Positions 25,143-36,049 of a stretch of 51,639 bases of DNA are shown here, in pieces. A program made the translations under genes and the position numbers. Source of the DNA: Diploschistes diacapsis (lineage: Eukaryota); the NCBI GenBank assembly GCA_023645945.1, contig JALAIB010000011.1, positions 1 through 51,639 of the forward strand. Direction: 5' to 3'. Under the pieces are notes generated by a model. That model made no database searches and had not been told where the DNA came from. It was given only the letters and a program-made list of their open reading frames with translations. How positions within the stretch are numbered: position 1 is the first letter of the stretch; every line of letters starts with the position of its first letter.

Positions 25143-27896
25143 ATGGGAGGCTTTATCGGACTCCTTGTCGTCTATGTCATCGGAGGGCTTACATTCATTC
25201 CCCTCATTCTTTGCGCTGTGCTGTTGCATGCTTGGTTGACTTTCCCCCACGTTAACTCTCTGCCAGAAACTTTCACAGACTCGAGAGACGAGCTTCGAGA
25301 AGATACCGATGATGGAAAGAATATTGTATCGGGAAATGAGGCTATAGCGAGGACGTTTCAAGGGGATCATGAGAAAGATGTGGCGGAAGGATACTTTGCA
25401 GTGTGTCGAGAGTACGTGCCCGGAGGCGTCAATGGCAAGCCCCCCGTGCGGACGACTCCTGCAGGCTCAGCGGTTGCTGAAGAAAGCCCGAGCGTATACC
25501 AGAGTATGTACAGAAGCCTATTCGAGAGAAGACAAGTATCCTCGTTGGATCCTACAAAGTCGGACAGTGGAAAATCGGTCAAGAGAGCGCGGAATGTCTT
25601 CTACGTGGTTCTGAGGCACGGACACCTCATGCTCTATGATGATTCGGAGCAGGTGGAGGTTCGACACGTTATATCGCTTGCACATCACGACGTTAGCATC
25701 TACGGAGGAGGGAATGAGATTCCCGAAGGGGAACTGTGGATCAAGCGCAATGCCATCTCTCTTCGACGAAGGGTAGCCACTCCGGACCAGGGGTCCATTA
25801 CGTTGCCCTTCTTCTTCTTTTCTGAGAATTGCAGCGAGAAGGAAGACTTCTACTTTGCCCTCCTCCGCAGCCAACATCTAACGAGTAGCGAGAGCTCTCT
25901 TTTGCCACAGATTCAGCATTTCGAGGTGAAGGACATAATCTCGCTCGTTCAGCGGCTCCACTCGTCCGAAGAACACCTGCAGACAAGGTGGCTGAATGCG
26001 CTTGTGGGACGGCTTTTTCTAGCCCTTTACAAAACTCAAACGGCAGAGGATTTCCTCCACATGAAGATCACAAAGAAAATCGCGCGTGTTAGGAAGCCAA
26101 ACTTCCTATCTGGTATTATCCTGAATAAGATCTCGCTTGGAACTTCTGCTCCTTTCATTACAAACCCAAAGCTTCGTGGTTTGACGGTTGAAGGCGAATA
26201 TTGTGCGGAAACAAATGTCAAGTATGAGGGCAATTTCCGGATCGAAATCGCTGCCACTGCGAGAATCGACCTTGGACCCCGTTTCAAAGCAAGAGAAGTA
26301 AACCTAGTTCTGGCTGTTGTTGTCAAGAAGCTCGAAGGCCGACTGCTCATTCGGCTGAAGCCTCCTCCAACCAACCGGATATGGATCGCTTTTGAAGCAA
26401 TGCCTCAACTAGAACTCAGCATTGAGCCCATCGTCAGCTCCCGGCAGATTACTTATAGCATCATCTTGCGCGCTATAGAGAGCCGAATTCGAGAGGTTCT
26501 GGCTGAAACAATAGTGTTGCCCCACTGGGACGACAGTCCATTTCTCGACACTACACAAGAGCTTTTCCGAGGAGGGATTTGGGCGAACGAGCGCACGACT
26601 TCACGGTACGATCACGGTACAGCGATACCCGATGAAGTAGCCGAAGATGATACAGACACTGGATCGCTTAAAGATTCATCTCCTACACTGAAGCCCCTAC
26701 TGCAGGACTGCTCGGCTAGCATGCCCTCTTTGATCGAAAGCATGCCGGAGGCTGGCACTCCTAGGCGTGGCCACAAGCTAAGTAGCTCGCTGGTTGAATC
26801 AAATCAAGTCTCTGTTTCTTCAGGCATTCAGAAGACACCCGAGGTTCCGAAGGTCATGCGGTCCAAATCTTTTGCGGCAGTGGCAGACCCCGTTGTTAAC
26901 ACGAGTAGTGTGAACAGCGACGCAAACAAGACGAATGACAGGATTCCAAGGCCGACAAAGGATGCCGCAAGTTTCATGACCGAAATTTCGAACCGCTCAC
27001 AGCCCAGCTCACCAGTCAGCACACCTGCTACCCTAGCTAGTTCGGGACCAATCGAGATCGATCGAAGAGAGAGAAAATCCGACCCGTCCTCGGCTTCATC
27101 GTTGAAGGAAAGCGTTCTAGATGATAGGATTGCTTCCCACAACGACAGGCAGGCTCAAGACCAGTGGCCAGTGAATGGCTCTGGCCATGTCGCAAGCAAC
27201 TCGAATAATAACCGGGCCGTGTCAAGTACACAGCAAACCACTAGATTCCAAGCAATGGCCAAGTCACTTACACCATCTGAAAAAAGGCAGCAAGCACTAC
27301 TTTCGGCGGCCAACACGGCCAAGAATTGGGGATGGAATACTCTGAACAGGAGAGGCAAATCGCCCGCAAGCAATACAAATGGGGAAAGGGCCGGCACGCC
27401 GGAGTACCCAATGGGTCGTGGGAGGCCATTGCCACCTCCTGGGCAACCTCTACCCCTTCCAGAGAAACGCACTTCTTTAGCGTCCCTTCCATTGCCGAAA
27501 CGGAAGCCTGTACTGTCCGCAGCAATTTCGAGCCCACAGCACCGAGGAAAGGTCCCCCTCCTATCATTGCAAAGTCCTGGAGAACAGCATCGTCCGGCCT
27601 CCCTTGCCTCGACGGAGCAAGGAGCGGATGCGCTACTGGTTGTGGAGGCTCCGAACGAATTGGGGTCAAGAGTCTCCCCCGAGGAGGACCCCGATGGTTA
27701 TGGGGAGTTTATGGACAACGTTAAGCTAGAGGATGACGATCAGGACAGTCACATGGTCGGTCAAACCATGACGCCTTACTCTGAAGGTTTTGAGAGTCCG
27801 AAAAGAGGACAGCGAGCTTCTGCCATCGGTGGGCCAGCTTCGAGTTCGCTATCTAGCTCATATGAAAAAGAGGATACTCATGGACTGGCAAGCTAG
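25143..27896 (+). CDS. NVJ2: PH + SMP domain membrane-contact-site lipid-transfer protein (Nvj2/TEX2-like)
   Basis: N-terminal TM segment (YVIGGLTFIPL), PH-like FYVVLRHGHLMLYDD...EKEDFYFAL, SMP domain TRWLNALVGRLFL...LRAIESRIREVLAETIVLPHWDD. First ATG at 25143. Confidence 0.85.
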   Translation: MGGFIGLLVVYVIGGLTFIPLILCAVLLHAWLTFPHVNSLPETFTDSRDELREDTDDGKNIVSGNEAIARTFQGDHEKDVAEGYFAVCREYVPGGVNGKPPVRTTPAGSAVAEESPSVYQSMYRSLFERRQVSSLDPTKSDSGKSVKRARNVFYVVLRHGHLMLYDDSEQVEVRHVISLAHHDVSIYGGGNEIPEGELWIKRNAISLRRRVATPDQGSITLPFFFFSENCSEKEDFYFALLRSQHLTSSESSLLPQIQHFEVKDIISLVQRLHSSEEHLQTRWLNALVGRLFLALYKTQTAEDFLHMKITKKIARVRKPNFLSGIILNKISLGTSAPFITNPKLRGLTVEGEYCAETNVKYEGNFRIEIAATARIDLGPRFKAREVNLVLAVVVKKLEGRLLIRLKPPPTNRIWIAFEAMPQLELSIEPIVSSRQITYSIILRAIESRIREVLAETIVLPHWDDSPFLDTTQELFRGGIWANERTTSRYDHGTAIPDEVAEDDTDTGSLKDSSPTLKPLLQDCSASMPSLIESMPEAGTPRRGHKLSSSLVESNQVSVSSGIQKTPEVPKVMRSKSFAAVADPVVNTSSVNSDANKTNDRIPRPTKDAASFMTEISNRSQPSSPVSTPATLASSGPIEIDRRERKSDPSSASSLKESVLDDRIASHNDRQAQDQWPVNGSGHVASNSNNNRAVSSTQQTTRFQAMAKSLTPSEKRQQALLSAANTAKNWGWNTLNRRGKSPASNTNGERAGTPEYPMGRGRPLPPPGQPLPLPEKRTSLASLPLPKRKPVLSAAISSPQHRGKVPLLSLQSPGEQHRPASLASTEQGADALLVVEAPNELGSRVSPEEDPDGYGEFMDNVKLEDDDQDSHMVGQTMTPYSEGFESPKRGQRASAIGGPASSSLSSSYEKEDTHGLAS

Positions 27897-28606
27897 CACG
27901 TTGGTCAAGAAGAAGAAGAAGAAGAAGCTCGCTCCAAGAGTGTCTGGATGGATGAGCAAGAACACCCATGATACTTTTTGGCGCCAGTCGGGGAACCCGG
28001 GTTTGGCTCTTTCTCATAGCTTGTCTGCATAGCGAGGCGTCTGGTCAAGAAACATTCGTAGAGTTCCTCAAGATACCATCGGAATTTATAGGGTTTCCTT
28101 GCTACGAGGGGGATGTTAGAGTATAGTATTGGCGAATGAAGAACGGGGTACAAAGGCATTCTGAATCTAATTACTCAGAACTGCGGTGGAAACATCAGTG
28201 TGCTTCAAGATAACTACCCGAGTTTGTCTCAATTGACAATTGAATTTTATAGCTGAATGCATATACCAATGGCTTTTGTGGCCTTACTGTAGCTGAATTA
28301 ACTGATGGCTTCTGATTGCAACGTCCGACGGGGCCTCTCGATTGAGGGCCAGCTTGATGTTCTGTTGTATTGTTGTTGCCTGACCTGGCCCGCTGCGACA
28401 CGCACTTGCAGTTGACGGCGATTGCCAAGCGAATTCGAAAGTGCAGGCAGCTCACTCGAAAAACTGCTGCTCCCCGAACAATTGTCACTCCCAATACTCC
28501 TATGACCGCCTACTTCCACCATAACTTCCTCTTGTTCACATGCTTTCAACTTCGTTCAGCTAGGCATCTCTTCAACTACTCCTGAATCCACCCTACTCGT
28601 GCCAAA

Positions 28607-31600
28607 ATGTCAAGCTATGGGGGAACAACAGCCCGCCATGTCGATCTCTCAAAATCTGAGTCTGACATCGCGACAAGCATTCGGAAAGCGACAAACACAG
28701 GTAAGCATCGACAATCCGTAGAGATCCTGCCTGTTAACATGAGTAATCGCGCAGAGGAAACCGCTCCGAAAAGTACTTCTCCTTGGATTGCTGTTCGCGA
28801 CATGACTGATATAGGCCAGGGAAGCATGTCCGAGCCTCTATTGTCTACACATGGGATCACAAGTCCTCGCAATCCTTTTGGGCGGGCATGAAAGTGTGCG
28901 TTACTTCAAAGGAGTTAACAGTCCTATACATACTTTGGGTGCCTTCTCTGATAGTTCGCTTTCCGCTAGTCAACCAATCCTTGCCGATGAAGTCCAGACG
29001 TTCAAAGCTCTAATAACAATACACAAAGTTCTCCAAGAAGGTCACCCTATAGCGGTACGCGAGGCACAAACAAATACGGGATGGTTGGAAAGCCTAGCTC
29101 GAGGGGTATCTGGCGATGGGATGCGAGGTGAGACAGATAAAGAGCTTATAGCAGGAGCTCTTGATGGATTATATTTACATAGGTTACGGGCCTTTAATAA
29201 GAGAATACGTATATTTCCTGCAAGCGAAGCTGTCCTTCCACAGACAGCATCCAGAATTCAACGGTAGGATCTTCAGGAGAGCCCTGTGCGTGTTTTCATA
29301 TCTCATATCGTGCCAGGCCTGTTCGAGTATGAGGAGTACATCAGTTTAAAGTCTATCAACGATCCCAATGAAGGGTACGTCGCTCCTCACCCGTCCAGTT
29401 GTTCTGCTCTGCTCACTTTTGTAGATACGAAACGATCTCAGACCTCATGACGCTTCAAGATCTAATTGATACCTTCCAGAAGCTGATTTTTGCCAACTTT
29501 CGAAGTGGTTCGAACAACGAATGCAGAATATCAGCGCTCGTACCTTTATTGCAAGAGAGCTATGGGATCTACAAATTTATAACGAGCATGTTGCGTGCAA
29601 TGCATACGAGTTTGTCTTCCCTGTGTGGTATTTCGGTGTAGTTGCTGACGAACTTTCAGCAACTGGCGATAATGAGGCACTGGAGCCTCTTCGAGGACGA
29701 TATGACACGCAATACTATCGGCTACTGAAGTTTTACTACGAGTGCTCCAATCTGCGGTACTTGATAAGTCTAATCAGCGTCCCCAAGCTCCCTCAGGAGC
29801 CACCGAGCCTTCTTGCGGAAGATGAGGAAAGGCCGGCCCTCCCAACGAGGCCCAAAAACGAGATTGCCAAGCCCCCTTCTCCACCTGCCCCAAAATCGAT
29901 CGGTGCGCCCGAGCCGGAGCCAATCAACAACTTCTGGGAGGATGAACAGCAAAGGAAACAGGACGAATATGAATCTCAGCAACGTCAGTTGCAAGACCAG
30001 TGGAATCAGCAACAATACCAGCAACAGCTGGCAGCGCAGCAAGCGCAGCGGGACTTTGAGAGCCAACAGCGTATGTTGGCGGAGCAGCAGCGGCTCGCGA
30101 ACGAGCAGCTTGCACGGGAACAGTATCAGGCGCAGACCAGTGGACGTCTCGCAGAACTCGAGCAAGAGAACCTGAACGCAAGAGCGCAGTATGAGAGGGA
30201 TCAGCTCATGCTCGGCGAATATGATCGTCGTGTGAAGGAACTAGAGGCCCAGCTTAACCAGATCAATAACACGTACAGCCAACAGACTGCATCCAAAGAT
30301 GATCAGATTCGCGCATTGCAGGAACAAGTCAATACGTGGCGGTCGAAGTATGAAGCTTTAGCGAAGCTCTATTCGCAGTTGCGCACTGAGCACTTGGACC
30401 TGCTACAGAAGTTCAAAGGTGTGCAGCTGAAAGCCGCGTCGGCCCAAGAAGCGATAGAGAAGCGAGAGAGACTGGAGCGGGAAATCAAGACCAAGAATCT
30501 CGAGCTTGCTGATATGATCCGTGAAAGGGATCGAGCGCTTCATGAAAAGGATAGACTGGCGGGGGGGAATCGAGAAGAAACGGAGAAGCTCAAGCGAGAG
30601 CTTCGTATGGCCTTGGATAGGGCAGAGAACGCAGAGAAATCCAAAGGCTCGGAGTTGTCGGCGATGTTGGCGAGGTATAATAGGGAAACAGCGGATCTAG
30701 AGGAAGCTCTGCGGGTGAGTGTTACTCTACGGTTAGTGGCAATGCCGGTACTGACCTGAAAAGAACAAATCAAGAGCTTTGGACGATATTCATTCGAAAC
30801 AAGGAGAGAGGAGTGGCGACCTTGAGCGTCTTCTTAGGGAGAAAGACGAGGAGCTCGAAATCTCCAAATCTGCCATGGATCAAGCGCTCGTTCAGTTGCA
30901 TGAGCTGCAAATGGTAAGCCCGATGCTGCGAACGCAGAGCATTCATTACTTAACAAAATCCCCTAGAACGGCGGCGATGCAGATAGAGCCATGGATGAGC
31001 AAATCGACGCGGTCTTGGTGGGAAACATTCAAAAAGTAAATGACATGATAGATTCGGTACTGCAGAGCGGTATCCAGCGACTGGACGACGCGTTGTACGA
31101 GCTGGATTCGACCATGCAGGCAGGGAATCAGAACGCTTCGGCACCATATGTTCTTTCGCAGATCGAAAAGGCTTCTTCGAGTGTAACCGAGTTCTCTACG
31201 GCCTTCAACAATTTCATCGCCGACGGGCCCAACAGCGAGCATGCGGAAATCATTCGAACCGTGCATCTATTTTCCGGCTCCGTGGCCGATGTCCTGTCAA
31301 ATACCAAGGGCCTCACCAGATTCGCTACCGAGGAGAAGAAGGCAGACCAGCTCACCAACGGCGCTCGGCAGTCGGCACAATCGAGTATGAACATGCTTCG
31401 GTCTCTACAGTCGTTCCGGCTAGAAGGGCTAGAGCCGATACAGAAGACGGACGTCGTTATCAACAATCTGCACGAGGTCCAGATGAACCTGCAGAAGCTT
31501 TCGAAGCTTGCGGATACCTTCGCTCCCAAGTCGAAACTCTCCAACCAGAGCGGTAAGCTCGAGGATATCGTCGAGCGAGAACTGGCCAACGCTGCGAGTG

Positions 31601-32386
31601 CCATCGATGCCGCAGTTGAGCGGCTCGCGAAGCTCAAGAACAAACCCCGGGCGGGCTACTCGACTTATGAACTTCGAATACATGACAGCATCGTGGAAGC
31701 AGCCATGGCGGTTACGACTGCGATCGCGGAGCTCATCAAGGCGGCTACGGCTTCGCAGCAAGAGATTGTGGAGAAGGGGCGAGGCTCGTCGTCTGCCACA
31801 GTTTTCTACAAGAAGAACAATCGGTGGACGGAGGGGCTGATAAGTGCCGCAAAGGCCGTCGCTGCATCCACGAACACCCTGATCGAGACGGCAGATGGTG
31901 TGATCAGCGGCAGGAACAGCCCGGAGCAGCTGATCGTTGCCAGCAACGACGTCGCTGCGAGCACGGCGCAGCTTGTTGCCGCGAGCAGGGTCAAGGCAGA
32001 CTTTGGCTCGAGAACGCAGGACCGTTTGGAAGAGGCCAGCAAGGCCGTCAACAAAGCATGCAGGTCCCTTGTCAGGCAAGTTCAGGGGATCATCAGCCAA
32101 AGGAACAGGGACGAGGGCGAAGACATGGACTACAGCAAGCTCAGCGGCCACGAATTCAAGGTGCGGGAGATGGAACAGCAGGTATGTCTACATGCTCTTG
32201 TGTTGCCCTGCCTTCCATAGCTTTGGCTGGCCTAGGCCACAAATTGCACAGTGTGCTTTGTGTGTGTGTGTGTGTGTGTGTAGTCTGACGAGAATATAGG
32301 TCGAAATACTGCAACTCGAAAACAACTTGGCCCAAGCGAGGCAAAGGCTGGGCGAGATGCGGAAGATATCCTATCAAGAAGAATGA
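28607..32386 (+). CDS. SLA2: Sla2/End4 endocytic actin-clathrin adaptor, multi-exon
   Basis: ANTH domain (IRKAT...ETAPK/RKHVRA; FKALITIHKVLQEGHP), a coiled coil, and a talin-like I/LWEQ domain (FYKKNNRWTEGLISAAKAVA...EMEQQ/VEILQLENNL...RKISYQEE*). Confidence 0.97.
32259..32280. repeat. (TG)11 microsatellite in the last SLA2 intron
   Basis: Direct reading of the sequence. Confidence 0.9.
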
Positions 32387-32788
32387 TAGCCTGTCTCTGT
32401 GTATCAACGAGGATGACGCGCCAGGCGCATGCGATGCGCTGTAGTCGAAGAGGGGATGTTCGTAATATTTTGGAAGTCGCGCACACATACTTGTTGCTAC
32501 GTAGGCTGTAACTGTAAACATAGCCTGAGCTACCATGACTAAAATGAATGGAAAGGGATGGTGCCACGGATCGACGCAGGGGACCTGCTATCGCTACCAG
32601 GATATTACTACTTCATGTGCCGCATGACGTGAGCACCACCACCACCACCCAAGGAGAAGCTTAATTCAACCTCCCCATTTTTTCTAAGTGCTAGTCAATG
32701 TTTACCAATACAACAATCATCCAATCTGGCCTAATCTCAACCTTCCCCTAGTACCAACAACCTGAGGCCTTCTCGAGTCGTGCAAAAT

Positions 32789-33984
32789 TTAGTTGCTAGT
32801 GCTAATGTTGTAGGCATTGAAGGCGTTGTCGCCGTAAGGGTTGTAGGTACCATCCATGGCAGGGCCTGGAAAATATGGGCTGTCGATATCGTTCTCATAG
32901 AAGCCTGAGAAATAGTCGAGCTCAGCTTGGTTCGGGAGCAAGTTCCAGTCATCGAAACCTGCACATAAGTTAGGTCATCTCTCTATGTTGATCGGTCAAG
33001 TCATACCAAAATCGAAATCCATTCCAGCCGCACCTTGGTTGGCTTGGTTGTCATTATCCTGAGGCAAGACTTCTGCTTCGTCGCTTCCAGTTGCTCCATT
33101 ATTGACCTGGTTGTTGTAAGTCTCAGCCGCAGTCGATTGCTCGTTGGCTCCATTCGCAGTCATTTCGTTGCCGCCAAGAGCACTATACGCTTGGCCTGTT
33201 GCCCCGTTGAGAGAGGCTGCGGAATCCATTTGACTGGCTTGCTCAATTTGAGTGGTTGTGGTAGAGGCTGCATTTCCAAAACCAACCGGTTGATGATTTG
33301 CGGTAGTGTTGAATCCACACCCATCAACAACGGCATAGCTACCTTGCTGGTTCTGAGCAGTCACAGCCATCATTGACATGAGGGGCTCATCTGCGGTAGG
33401 CATGAGTGCCTGAGTTTTGACATAGCCAACGTTAACGCTGTTCGCAATGACATCCTGGACTGATGCATTTGTAACCAACAAACCCTGATCGATGGGCATG
33501 TGTGTGGAATAGAGACGGTGATCAAGGACAGTACCGTCCACGTCAACGACAGTGTCCAAGGCGTAACCAAGCTTACCCATGTAGCTAGCAGGCTCAGCTA
33601 CATTGATGAAGGGAGCATTGATTTGCAGGAAAATTGCAACAGGTGAGTTAGCCTTGCCTTGAACATCCCGAATGACGCTGTATGCTTTGGCCAAGATGTA
33701 CCACTTGTTTTGACAGGGGTCATTCTTCCAGAGGAAGGTCATGTATCCAGATCTCTCTTTTTGCTGGACCTCAGGGAACATCTCATTGTAGTAGGCTGTC
33801 AATTTATCAGACAATTCCAGCCCAAAAATACTGTTAACTTACAGCGAAATGCCATGAACGCATTGAGAGCCTTCATAGGCTTGGTCTTCTTGTCAGTGGT
33901 GTTCTTTTGATTGGTATACTCCATCAGGAAGAAGCATGCAATTTCAACGGCCTGGACGGCCGCCGCAGTGGAGAGGACAGGCAT
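32789..33984 (-). CDS. MAT1-1-1: Mating-type alpha-box protein MAT1-1-1 (~366 aa, 3 exons)
   Basis: KPMKALNAFMAFR|SYYNEMFPEVQQKERSGYMTFLWKNDPCQNKWYILAKAYSVIRD with the conserved alpha-box intron (33796-33842). A second intron (32959-33006) leads to an acidic/aromatic tail ending YNPYGDNAFNAYNISTSN*. Lies between SLA2 and APN2. Confidence 0.95.
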
Positions 33985-34466
33985 TGTTAAGTTAACCTAT
34001 GTGGTTTCAAGGAATGATACTTGAAGAAACGAAAAGCGCCAGACGTAAGTCACACCAGGCGCTAAAGAGCTCTCGCGAAAGTTGGACCGAATTTGGTCGA
34101 GATGTTCTGTGGGAAAATTACAAATGATGTGTAGAAAGAAAGGGAGGAGGAAGAGGAATTGGGAATGAAAAGTTTTCATGACCTCAAAAATAAACAGGTG
34201 GCTGACAGGGGAACGTCTCACTCATTAACATCTTTACTCTTGAGGAACAACTTTCTATCTACTCAAATTCAAGGCTAACATCGAGCGCGGAACTTTTACA
34301 AAGAAATGAGAATCACGTGTTGAATGTCTCACTGTTCACAAAGGTAACCGCTCCTACACTCTCAACTACATTTTTCCATGCCATGACCAAATATTTAAAC
34401 AAAGTTTAAGGTCTTTCATGTTATCCTACAAGAATTTGAATTTTTTATGACTGAACCATAAGGGCA

Positions 34467-35713
34467 ATGGATGAGGAATCTGAAGCTATTCTCCGGCATT
34501 TTGAGCTACCAAAGGAGCTCATACCACAATGTACGTCTTTCTAAACATTGCGTATATAATGAGCTTACACTATCACTTTTAGCCGATCTACCTATCAAAG
34601 GCCAGGAGATTGATTTCCTTGACCTTCACTCTTGCCGTCGTCAAATCGAGGAGAGGAAAGGGTACAAAGATTTTTTTCGTGGTGTTGTGGAAGGTTTTTA
34701 TTACTATATTTCAGTCGTGTGAAAGCTCAAGCTTACAATACCAGTAGATGGTATCCAAGGAACGCGCAGCTGTGATGTCGAATTTCTCTATGCAATCATG
34801 CAAGACTTGGATAGCCTAGCCCTTGGCCGGGTAGATTGTCATACTGATGCTGACATCCATTATTGGCAGCCGGCTTTTGATCTCGTCATGGCCGAGATAC
34901 ACAGGTTAGGAGAATACCCTAGTCTCATAGCTGATGAAGAAACTCGAGAAAACTTCTTCCAATATGTCCAGAGCTTTTGCTCGTTCATCCAATTTCGTCC
35001 AACCGACGTGGTGAGGCCAGCCGGGGAAGCTGTTGCGCGCAGCCTTGACGAAGCAGACCAAAAAGCTCACAGAGGGTCCTATACCGCTGGCAGAGTTCCA
35101 TGGCATCAATTCCTCCATCATTGTTCCCCAGGAAGCAACTCGGCTGCGGCTAATTGTCGTACTGCGCGAGATGCTGGTACTAGGCAAATTATACCACCAG
35201 GGGGAATTCGACTTCTTCGTGAATGGGAAAAGGACTTCGAGCAGTATACTAAAGAGGAATTTCCAGTAAGAGAGGCTATTGACTACTGCACAAGGTGTTA
35301 AACTGACGCTGACTTACAGGACAAAGAGCCTGAGGAGAGAAAGCCTGGAGTACTTGACACAGGCATCGTGAAAGAGAGAGCTCTTGGTAGCAAGACACGG
35401 TATCGATTCATTGTAAGGAACATTCTCCATACCCCTGGCTTAACTAAGCTTCAACCAGGGTACGATTCCCGGCGGACCCACTTATAATCTTGAACGCCGT
35501 TTGTTCGAAGCTCCCCTTCCGCTGCAAGCGATCTCTAAAGAATATGGTAGCTTCTTTGACTCAATGTCTCGAACCTAATTTCTAATAAAACTTACAGGGA
35601 CTTGGCATAACAAAGATGTAAAGACTAACCAGAGAAAGATACAGCCAGTTCCCTACATGTTTGTAGCTGAATGTCGAAGGGACGAGTGGGTAAGGTGGAA
35701 TTTGGGGCGATGA
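34467..35713 (+). CDS. Auxiliary MAT1-1 idiomorph gene (MAT1-1-7 / MAT1-1-4-like position), ~329 aa, 6 exons
   Basis: Exons 34467-34530, 34583-34693, 34748-35265, 35320-35412, 35459-35546 and 35598-35713 sum to 990 nt with consistent phases and no internal stop. Divergent from MAT1-1-1 and convergent with APN2. The second donor (GTTTTT) is weak. Confidence 0.7.
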
Positions 35714-36049
35714 ATGTCACGTGCAATACACTTCGGGAGGCTTCTGAGCAGATGAGTTGAAGCTTCAAAAGCTTTTACCATATTTGTGCTTCACTATCTT
35801 GGTGTGCTTTACTATCTTTGGGGGTCCTCTGGGAGTCCGAAGCGCTGGGTAAGCCCCGATCGCTGCACCAGATGAAGGTCTGAATGTCACGTGCAATACA
35901 CTTCGGGAGGCTTCTGGGCAGATGAGTTGAGCTTCAAAAGCTTTTACCATATTTGTGCTTCACTATCTTGGTGTGCTTTATTATCTTTGGGGGTCTTCTG
36001 GGGGTCCGAAGCGCTGGGTAAGCCCCAATCGCTGCACCAGATGAAGGTC
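35711..36049. repeat. Tandem duplication (170 + 169 bp) covering the APN2 3' end
   Basis: TGAATGTCACGTGCAATACAC...CCAGATGAAGGTC at 35711-35880 and 35881-36049. The copies differ by 5 transitions and 1 indel. Confidence 0.95.

Noticed and set aside
31128..32151. Long antisense ORFs (171 and 240 aa) over SLA2
   Set aside because: Expected shadow ORFs of a GC-rich coding strand. The same applies to antisense ORFs over REV3, NVJ2 and RPS9.
32387..32788. Possible truncated MAT1-2-1 remnant between SLA2 and MAT1-1-1
   Set aside because: No HMG-box-like peptide seen in any frame; the region looks like convergent 3' UTRs.
35033..35269. Alternative-frame ORF (…RLIVVLREMLVLGKLY…) suggesting a frameshift in the auxiliary MAT gene
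   Set aside because: The 34798 frame is open to the GTAAGA donor at 35266 and is the only one that stays in phase with exons 4-6. The alternative frame hits TGA in exon 4.
35711..36049. RIP acting on the tandem duplication
   Set aside because: Only five transitions, none in the CpA/TpG context; too few to support RIP.
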